Of a DNA stretch of 32,000 nucleotides, positions 9,001 through 15,913 are shown piece by piece. The DNA comes from Methanopyrus kandleri AV19 (lineage in GTDB: Archaea; JAADCQ01; Methanopyri; Methanopyrales; Methanopyraceae): positions 1,110,001 to 1,142,000 of the forward strand of contig NC_003551.1 of the NCBI RefSeq assembly GCF_000007185.1, in the 5' to 3' direction. Numbering within the stretch: the first letter of the stretch is position 1; each line of letters begins with the position of its first letter. Both the position numbers and the translations under genes were made by a program. A model generated the notes under the pieces. That model saw nothing but the letters and a program-made list of their open reading frames with translations. It ran no database searches and was not told the origin of the DNA.

Positions 9001-10284
9001 CTACGACGTCCTCGAGCGCTCCCCATTCCTCCTTCGGATCCCCGCGATCTCGTAGTAATCCGGTAGCGACTTGAACCTCCGGTGCTTGCGGATCCACTTG
9101 CCCGGCTCGTCGTACTCGACATCCTCCTCCGAGTCCTCCTCCTTCCGAGTGTCGGCGATAGTGGCCTCGCCCACACCGTTCGAGTCTCCCTCCAACTCCT
9201 CCCACATCCTCGCGTAATGGAGCTCCTTAGGCTCCCTTCCACCACGCAACGTCCGAACGATACAGGCTCCGACGGCTACGAAGTACGATATCGTCAAGAT
9301 CAGTAATACCGTCTTAATGTCCACCTCCAGCTCCCATCCGACACCCAGCTTCTCACACACCTCGTCCCAAGCATCGATCGAGAGGACTATCAGACCGGAG
9401 GTGGAGGGTCCGACTATGGGCGGGATCCCGTCGATCGCCTCGAACCCCAGGTACGCCAGCGATTTCACCTCTATCCCGGCCAGACGCCCGCGACTCCCGA
9501 GCACGAACGCCTTGATCCACCTCTTAGGCACGCTCACCTTCCCCTCCATCAACCCCGCGACCGCCAACACCGCCCGGGCACGCAGTTCACGGACCCGCTC
9601 GGGCTTCCGGGTCAACACGAACCCTCGCGAGACGAGCACGATCGTGTGGGCCCCAGGGGAGGGTTTGATCCGGATCTCGTCCCCCCGAGGTCGAACGAAC
9701 ACCTCGTGGTACGAGGAGAGCAAACCCTCGCAGGCGAGTAACTCACCCCGACCGGGGAGCACATCGGCCAACCTCTCGGCCAACTCCTCGTCCCTCAAGA
9801 AAGTGTGAACGCGCCACGCATCCACCTCAACGTGACCGCCGAAAGTCACGATACCGACACGGTGATACTTGAACGACGAAACCCTGACGACGATCCAACC
9901 GTCGTCGGTGCTCACGTCTTTAACTTCGATATATTTGTTTAAAACCAAATTCACAAGATAGGGTATTATAACCAAAATTAACGCTATCTCGAATTTGAGT
10001 CGAGCACAAAAGAAGAGCCCAAATGCTGGAAAGAAAGTCATTAGAATTAAACTAGCGACGGCTGGATGGAGTACTATCGGAGTCGGTAACGGTATCGTCT
10101 TTCTGTAAATTATATAGTATTTCAGCGGCCCTGATCGCGGTTTTGGTTCCGATAAATTCCACAGGATAGCTATTGGATATGACCATATCGGAAGTGATAA
10201 CCAAAATATTGTAATAATGACTACTATTATAGATGTTAATCCGATATTAGACAGTAAGTAGTCCAAGGAGTCCAAGGGCGTCAC
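9001..10284 (-). CDS. Multi-TM envelope protein: N-terminal TM bundle, soluble beta-rich domain, one TM helix, acidic tail
   Basis: The 427-aa ORF starts at GTG 10284, forming a GTGA overlap with the upstream gene's stop. The N-terminal roughly 125 aa are Ile/Leu/Phe-rich helices encoded in AT-rich DNA; the rest is GC-rich. The middle segment 'LLACEGLLSSYHEVFVRPRGDEIRIKPSPGAHTIVLVSRGFVLTRKPERV' is loosely alignable to the LGYCE-family domain. The acidic tail reads 'EEDSEEDVEYDEPGKW'. Confidence 0.7.
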   Translation of the reverse strand: MTPLDSLDYLLSNIGLTSIIVVIITIFWLSLPIWSYPIAILWNLSEPKPRSGPLKYYIIYRKTIPLPTPIVLHPAVASLILMTFFPAFGLFFCARLKFEIALILVIIPYLVNLVLNKYIEVKDVSTDDGWIVVRVSSFKYHRVGIVTFGGHVEVDAWRVHTFLRDEELAERLADVLPGRGELLACEGLLSSYHEVFVRPRGDEIRIKPSPGAHTIVLVSRGFVLTRKPERVRELRARAVLAVAGLMEGKVSVPKRWIKAFVLGSRGRLAGIEVKSLAYLGFEAIDGIPPIVGPSTSGLIVLSIDAWDEVCEKLGVGWELEVDIKTVLLILTISYFVAVGACIVRTLRGGREPKELHYARMWEELEGDSNGVGEATIADTRKEEDSEEDVEYDEPGKWIRKHRRFKSLPDYYEIAGIRRRNGERSRTS

Positions 10285-11423
10285 CCTCTACGCGCTTTAT
10301 ACAAATACATTACTTCCGTCAACAGGTCCAATACTTTCCTCTTAGAGGTTATAGGAGAGATTACTAGTGAGATCCCAGTAGATACTGCGACACTGGCGAG
10401 TTGGGGTACGATCACGTAGAATAAGATCGCGTGGAGCGGGTCACTACTAGCTTTTAATATAGTGCAAATTATGTAGTAAACTATGACTAAAGATAGCACA
10501 TAAACGATGATTGGTGTGAACGCCGGGTGGAGACTCGAGAGTAGCATTAGACCGTTACTCTTCACGATTCTATGGCTGGATTCTACCAACGAAACGCCTT
10601 TGGAGCCCACTACAGCGAACTCTATTAACCATTCGAGTAAACTGATTCGATCCAATGATACGTTAGTCTTTTCTTCTATATCTCGTAATGTTGAGGTGTA
10701 ACTATTCCTACCTAAGAGCAATGGTAAGGTTACAGTAGCGAGCGCGTCAAAGTTGTAAACTTTATCTAAATTTGTATTAGATTGGCTTGTAGTCAGTGTA
10801 ATCCCAGGAGTAATCACTGATACGATATTCCCGTTTTCAGGGTTGTGTTTTACTTCAATAATGCTCGAGCCTGGTTTCAACACGCCTAGGTAGAAGTTGA
10901 CACGTTCGACGCCATCAAGTGTGGAAAATAATGTTCTCAGAAGACGCTCGGTCCGCTTTGAAATTGAGTACTTTATAAGTTCGCTACCGCGTGTTTTAAG
11001 TTCTAATTGGATGTTATTAGTGTGTATATTCTCGCTGAAACTAGCGATTAAGATTGGTTGGTAAGTGATTGTGAAAAGCTTGATTCTAATTTTGTGGTTA
11101 GACGGTAATACTTTCGCTATAGTTATGTATGGGGTCATTGCAGCGAGCCAGAGTGACAGTGATGCTGTGATGGTAACTATGATTAAAATTGCTGTAAGTC
11201 TGAGGAAGTGGAGGTGCTTTTCTTTGGTGACAATACATACGCCACACTCTACGAGGATACTTATGAGAAATACAATATATGATGATACCATGGATAGTCC
11301 AGGGGGTATTAAGATCGGGTACGATCTTAAGATTACGTGATCATCGAGTGTTTCTCGCCTGCACCTAGCCTCTCGCCGGGCCAGTCCTCTCGCGAGAACG
11401 ACCAGGAGAGGGGGTGTGATCAC
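10281..11423 (-). CDS. Multi-TM envelope protein encoded almost entirely in an AT-rich island
   Basis: The 380-aa ORF has N-terminal and C-terminal TM helices flanking an Ile/Ser/Asn/Thr/Lys-rich soluble domain ('FYLGVLKPGSSIIEVKHNPENGNIVSVITPG'). An alternative start ATG 11291 ('MVSSYIVFLISILV') lies just inside the compositional switch near 11345. The gene is translationally coupled to 9001..10284 by a 4-nt overlap. Confidence 0.7.
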   Translation of the reverse strand: MITPPLLVVLARGLARREARCRRETLDDHVILRSYPILIPPGLSMVSSYIVFLISILVECGVCIVTKEKHLHFLRLTAILIIVTITASLSLWLAAMTPYITIAKVLPSNHKIRIKLFTITYQPILIASFSENIHTNNIQLELKTRGSELIKYSISKRTERLLRTLFSTLDGVERVNFYLGVLKPGSSIIEVKHNPENGNIVSVITPGITLTTSQSNTNLDKVYNFDALATVTLPLLLGRNSYTSTLRDIEEKTNVSLDRISLLEWLIEFAVVGSKGVSLVESSHRIVKSNGLMLLSSLHPAFTPIIVYVLSLVIVYYIICTILKASSDPLHAILFYVIVPQLASVAVSTGISLVISPITSKRKVLDLLTEVMYLYKARRG

Positions 11424-11490
11424 GATGATCGAGAAGAGGATCGAGAAGAGCGTGATGAAGGCGATGATCTGCCCGGGCTCGAGAGCCAGC

Positions 11491-11763
11491 TCAAGCCGCC
11501 CCCCACTCCTTCTTCAACCCGGCCGCATGCGGTACTCCCACGGGCTCACGCTCGTCATCAAATGCCTTCTTTATAGTCTCCTTCCCCTTTTCTTCCCAGC
11601 ACTTGGGAACTCCTCCGTTGTAAGTAGGCGGCGTTAATCCCTCAGTAGCCTTGTTGGCGAGACCTTTAGCGAGAGTCCCAGACACTAAGCCCGAGACACC
11701 GACAGCTGTGTTGACGATTCTTTCCCTAACCCTCCCTCTATCACCACGCATCACGTCCCCCAC
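11491..11763 (-). CDS. Small hypothetical protein
   Basis: 90-aa ORF ('...IVNTAVGVSGLVSGTLAKGLANKATEGLTPPTYNGGVPKCWEEKGKETIKKAFDDE...'). It has intermediate GC and plausible composition, but no motif. Confidence 0.35.
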   Translation of the reverse strand: MGDVMRGDRGRVRERIVNTAVGVSGLVSGTLAKGLANKATEGLTPPTYNGGVPKCWEEKGKETIKKAFDDEREPVGVPHAAGLKKEWGAA

Positions 11764-12165
11764 GACCCTCGAAGACCAGGCTCAATATTACGTACAGTGA
11801 GAGGACGGGGTAGAGCTTCCGGAGGAGGTCACCCACCCGGCCCGACTCGACCCGCAAGGAACCAGAACTCCGATACGACCTCCCTCACCTGGGGATCACC
11901 GCAGATTAAGCGCAGGAAGTCCTCCACGGGCGACGGACCCCCGCGCGACCTCCGTTCGGGCGGAGGGGGCGGTTCCTCACCGCCTTTCGTCTCCGGAGAG
12001 TTCAAATGGGGAGCGCTCAACCCCGTCCCGTGGACCGACGGTGATCGGCGGGGGCGGTCGGGGGGCTTGATCGAGGTCCTGACGGTCCTGCTAGCCCACG
12101 ATCCGACCCTCATGGACCCGTGCACGCACGGGTTGGAGGTCGTTGTCACCGGCGTGCGGGGCGCC

Positions 12166-12258
12166 GGGAGGGTTGGGGGTGGGAGGGAGGAGACCGGTGG
12201 CGTGGGTAAGGGCGTTGGAGGCGGGGGTCGTGGTGGGAAGGTTGGTGGGGGCGGGAAG
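12166..12258 (+). other. G-run cluster with a canonical G-quadruplex motif
   Basis: Eleven runs of 3 or more G occur within 93 nt. The core is GGGAGGGTTGGGGGTGGGAGGG (12166-12187), with loops of 1-2 nt. It lies immediately upstream of the probable start of the 12262..12807 gene. Confidence 0.8.
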
Positions 12259-12261
12259 ACC

Positions 12262-12807
12262 GTGCACCCGAGTGAGTTGTTGACGAAGCCCAAGTGGCGG
12301 TTCCTCCGCGAGACCCTCGGGGGCGGGGTGAAGGCTCGACGGGCGCACGCGTTCCGATGGTTGACCCGCGCGTACCACCCGCTCCGATCGTACTACCTGT
12401 CGAGCCTGGCGACCGCGTTCACCGGCCTCTGCGTCGGACTACTGGCCGTCCCCCTGGCGACCCGCGCTCGACGGTGGAGGCCCGAGACGGTCGCCTTCGC
12501 GGCGATCGCCCTGATCGTGACGGTCTCGACACTGTGCTGGGAGGCGTTCCTGGGGTACCTAGCATCGTGCCAGTTCCTCGCTAGGGTGACGGAGGGGGAC
12601 GCTCACCTCGCCCTGAGCGAGTTCCGTACGTGGGGGATCACGGGCGTGGGTTACCTGCTCGCGGTGTACGCCGTCCTCGCCTCCCTCCTGGCGTGCGCAG
12701 CGTGGAGGAAGCTGGGCGGTCGAGCCTCGCTCCGCCTCGCCCCGCTCCTGGTGCTCCCGTTCCTAACCGGACTGTGGTTCATCCGACTCGGACTCGCGGT
12801 GGCGTGA
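12262..12807 (+). CDS. Small 4-TM membrane protein (the credible 3' part of the long ORF 11797..12807)
   Basis: From GTG 12262 (TTG 12277 and 12280 are alternatives) the product is 'VHPSELLTKPKWRFLRETL...' followed by four clear hydrophobic helices. The upstream 155 codons of the ORF are Gly/Arg/Pro low-complexity and look non-coding. The 3' end overlaps the convergent gene 12763..14079 by 45 nt. Confidence 0.5.
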   Translation: MHPSELLTKPKWRFLRETLGGGVKARRAHAFRWLTRAYHPLRSYYLSSLATAFTGLCVGLLAVPLATRARRWRPETVAFAAIALIVTVSTLCWEAFLGYLASCQFLARVTEGDAHLALSEFRTWGITGVGYLLAVYAVLASLLACAAWRKLGGRASLRLAPLLVLPFLTGLWFIRLGLAVA

Positions 12808-14079
12808 CGCGATCGGGTCACCATCCCTCGAGAGCCACTTCCCATACCACTTCCCATCGTAGGGATCGCGCCCCAGCACGCTCTCGTACACTCGACCCTC
12901 CCTCACAAGCCTCCAGCTGCGCAGGGCCGTGTCGAGATTGATGACAAACACCCCTAGGGCCGAGACGGGCGGGATCAGGAGGATCGCCGGGGCCAGGTAC
13001 CACCAGGTGTGGAGAAGTTTCAAGCTCGGCTTCACCCCGATCAGCTTCACCCACGCCGGCGTCACCAGACAGCACACACCGGTCCCGAGCATGCTGACGG
13101 CAACCTCGTAGTGCCTTAACACGTCAGTCAGGGAAAAGCGGCGGTTGAGGTACACGAGCTCGTTCCAGCCGGCTCGGTTGTTCACGACGGACCCCAACAG
13201 CCCGTCCACCTCCTCCGGCTCGGGGGACTCCTCCTTCTCCAAGCACAGGGCCGCGTACACCATTGAGAACTTCTCCCACCACCGAAGGAGGTGGAAGGCC
13301 TTCTCACGATCCTTCAGCAGTCCCTGAGCGTCGTGGAGTACGCACACACCTCGGGTCCTCAGGAAGAGGAAGCCGCAGTCCCGAACCTCCACCTTGCACG
13401 GACCGGGCCTGAAGTACCCGACCCGAATTCTCAAATTCGATGGCTGACCACCCGGCGCCTCCCCGTACCTAACCGGGTAGGAGCTGAGCTCCCGGAACCT
13501 CGAAACCTCCACCTCCCCATCCGTGATCAGCTCGGCCTCGCAGTACCCCAGTGAGAGCAGCGCGATGGAGAGCCTCCGCCGGTCGCCCCTCATCCGGGGG
13601 AATCCGATGAACCCGAGGGTGAGGGCGGCCGGCAGCGCGCTCGACACGGTAAGGCAAAGCATCAACGACGTCAGGGCAAACACGATGAACGACGGGCTAA
13701 ACCACTCCCGCCCGGTTAGGGGTAGGGACCAGACGACGAAAACCGGGAGTGTGGACGATACGAGCAGGGAGAAGAGAATGAGTTCTCCAACCTGAGCACG
13801 TGTGAACAACAGGCGGAACGAGGCCGTGCGACAACGAACGGTACACCGATCGTGAAACGTTACGTCGCGGGGCCCTGGAACCTCCTCACCCTGGAAGATC
13901 GCATCGCATATCCCGAAGGACAACCATACGCTTAAAGCGCACGATCCTATCGATACGGCAAGTACACTCAAGATTACAATTGAATCATATCCACAGATCG
14001 AACCGAGTACTACATAGGCCAAGAGAGAGACGTAACCCAAGCTCGCCAGTAACAGCTTAGATGATCTAGAGATACGCAT
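12763..14079 (-). CDS. LGYCE-domain membrane protein, paralog A
   Basis: 438 aa. It has N-terminal TM helices, then the conserved block 'LSLGYCEAELITDGEVEVSRFRELSSYPVRYG...NLRIRVGYFRPGPCKVEVRDCGFLFLRTRGVCVLHD...REKAFHLLRWWEKFSMVYAALCLEKEE', then two C-terminal TM helices. It is clearly homologous to 27775..28991 and 29876..31204. Confidence 0.8.
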   Translation of the reverse strand: MRISRSSKLLLASLGYVSLLAYVVLGSICGYDSIVILSVLAVSIGSCALSVWLSFGICDAIFQGEEVPGPRDVTFHDRCTVRCRTASFRLLFTRAQVGELILFSLLVSSTLPVFVVWSLPLTGREWFSPSFIVFALTSLMLCLTVSSALPAALTLGFIGFPRMRGDRRRLSIALLSLGYCEAELITDGEVEVSRFRELSSYPVRYGEAPGGQPSNLRIRVGYFRPGPCKVEVRDCGFLFLRTRGVCVLHDAQGLLKDREKAFHLLRWWEKFSMVYAALCLEKEESPEPEEVDGLLGSVVNNRAGWNELVYLNRRFSLTDVLRHYEVAVSMLGTGVCCLVTPAWVKLIGVKPSLKLLHTWWYLAPAILLIPPVSALGVFVINLDTALRSWRLVREGRVYESVLGRDPYDGKWYGKWLSRDGDPIASRHRESESDEPQSG

Positions 14080-14112
14080 CGTCGAAGAGCAGCCCCCAAG
14101 CCGGCGTTACGA

Positions 14113-14406
14113 CTAGTCAAAAAGGGACGAGTCAAGGTCATAGAGGGATGGCCACCTTAATGCGTACAGTGATAGTGCAGTGGTAACAATCACGTACGTT
14201 GCTTCATCGTACTCCTTTTTGATATACTTAGCAACCGCTCCTACAGTCTTAAATAGAGCTCCAATAACGACAAGTGCGGTTAAGATCCCCGTTACATTTA
14301 ATTGTAAAGGTGGCAAGCGGGGTGATACGTACGGCAATATCCACAGTGCAGTGGACCCTATGTTCATCAGGAGATCTCCGAAGGTAATAAGAGTGTCAGG
14401 ATCCAA
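14113..14406 (-). CDS. Small 3-TM membrane protein
   Basis: The 97-aa ORF in AT-rich DNA has hydrophobic segments 'GSTALWILPYV', 'VTGILTALVVIGALFKTVGAV' and 'YVIVTTALSLYAL'. It sits between the truncated giant-gene copy and paralog A on the same strand. Confidence 0.55.
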   Translation of the reverse strand: MDPDTLITFGDLLMNIGSTALWILPYVSPRLPPLQLNVTGILTALVVIGALFKTVGAVAKYIKKEYDEATYVIVTTALSLYALRWPSLYDLDSSLFD

Positions 14407-14450
14407 GCCCCTCTTCTTGCGGACATAATCCCAGAGATTGGCGGCATCAC

Positions 14451-15695
14451 TTATGCCGAGGGGATAGGCCCGCCGAAAGAGGTCACGTTCTCCTCGAAGA
14501 ATTTTTGGAACGCTTCACCTAGCGCTGATATTATGCTCCTCTTATCGTCTGGCTCTAGCGGTGATGCTGCGATCGCCCCGACGAACGTAATAAACACTGA
14601 GTACATTACTTGCGTTATTACGTAGTCAAAATACATTAAGGTGGTGACTCCTTTTTTACCTTTTGTATATACTTTCAGCGTTCCAGTCGTCGGGTCGTAT
14701 TCTGGTACTTCCCCTTTAGTCAACATCTGTATTGAAGACTCTTTGCTAGTTCTTCCGTATGGTTTTACCTCCAATTCCTTTAGCAGTCTCTCTAAGCCCA
14801 GCTTGATGTTGTCAGGCAGTAGTATCCACTCTTCCTCACCGTAATATGGCTCTCCGGTAACCTTAGAAATTACATAATTCTCTATAACCTGTGTTAGTAT
14901 CGAAGCCCTAGTGTTGAGCGCTCGTTGTGTCACCGGATCCGCGTAGAATTCAACCCCAAGTAGTACCGTAGGCGTGTCCAAAGAGAGTCCCAGTCGGACT
15001 TTATTATCATCCTATTTCTCGACCGTAACCTGTGCGACAATCACTCCGAGTAGAGCCCTAACTCAACTCGCTTTATAATCCTAACAGAGCTTGTTTATAG
15101 TTTAATTGTAATAATAAGCTTCGAGAATTAGTAGTAAGCTTGTTAGTACTATCAGGGCTAGTTTCTCATCCTATTTGACCTCGTCCTTGAGCCCAGCTAG
15201 TGCTTGGGCCCATTTGGTAAAGTCCTCTGGGGAGTACTCGAACCCGGGTGGTAGGCATAATACTACGAGGTAGAATTCACTCTCTAACTTAATAGTACGT
15301 AGTGCCTTCGGACCGTACTCCACGGTGATCTCGTTAACTGGTGGAGCACGCTTCCACTCCGGGGGTAGTACCGGATTCCTCAGATCGATGACGGAATACT
15401 CCAGGTCCCCTCGGGTCGTGTGGATTAGTAGTAGACTGGGCTCGGTGAGGTCGATCGCTTGGTCATCGAGCTTGACCCTCACCTTGAGCTCGCACAGTAA
15501 CTCGCTCTTACCCGGTTCCAACAGCGCGTGGTACTCCCTCCCCACTCGGTACGTTAGTCCTAGGAGCCAGACTCGGGCTCGCGGTGGTCGGTCCAAGAGG
15601 ACGAGCTTCTCGATCCTCTGACCGGGTGGTGCTTGGACCCTGAGGAGCCAAGCGCGCACTCTCTTATCATCTCATCTAGCTGCGCCAGCTAAGAC
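14451..15695 (-). pseudogene. Inverted, truncated, stop-interrupted copy of the 3' end of giant gene 20802..26363
   Basis: The minus-strand translation is colinear and in frame with residues encoded at about 25035-26075. For example, 'VRAWLLRVQAPPGQRIEKLVLLDRPPRARVWLLGLTYRVG...' matches 'VRAWFLKVQAPPGQRIKKLVLLDRPPRARAWLLGLTYRVG...', and 'LDTPTVLLGVEFYADPVTQRALNTRASILTQVIENYV' is almost identical. In-frame stops lie at 15672-74, 15171-73, 15102-04, 15081-83, 15063-65 and 15012-14. Two stop-free stretches remain: ORFs 15171..15659 and 14451..14981. The last 65 or so codons (14451 to about 14645) are unrelated to the giant-gene tail. Confidence 0.85.
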
Positions 15696-15913
15696 CGAGC
15701 CCTGTCAACGAGTGTCACTGGGTCCGGCGCCCCCCGATACAGGAAATCGTTGTAATAACCGTAACGATGTGCTCTTACACTGTCGGATTGGAGGCACGCC
15801 CTGAGTACTCTCTGTAAACTTCGGGTTATCACACTCCGAAAACTGTAATGATCATTTAGTCTCGGAGAAGTGAACGTCTGCGCGACTCGGTCGGTTAGGG
15901 GAACATCGCGGGT

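Noticed and set aside
11797-12261. N-terminal 155 codons of the 336-aa ORF 11797..12807 (and the Pro-rich antisense ORF 11829..12293)
   Set aside because: The composition is Gly/Arg/Pro low-complexity, driven by the G-run tract. Only the part from about 12262 onward looks like a real membrane protein. Short protein-like minus-strand fragments near 11765-11927 ('VEDFLRLICGDPQVREVVSEFWFLAG', 'VGDLLRKLYPVLSLYVILSLVF') were too fragmentary to call.
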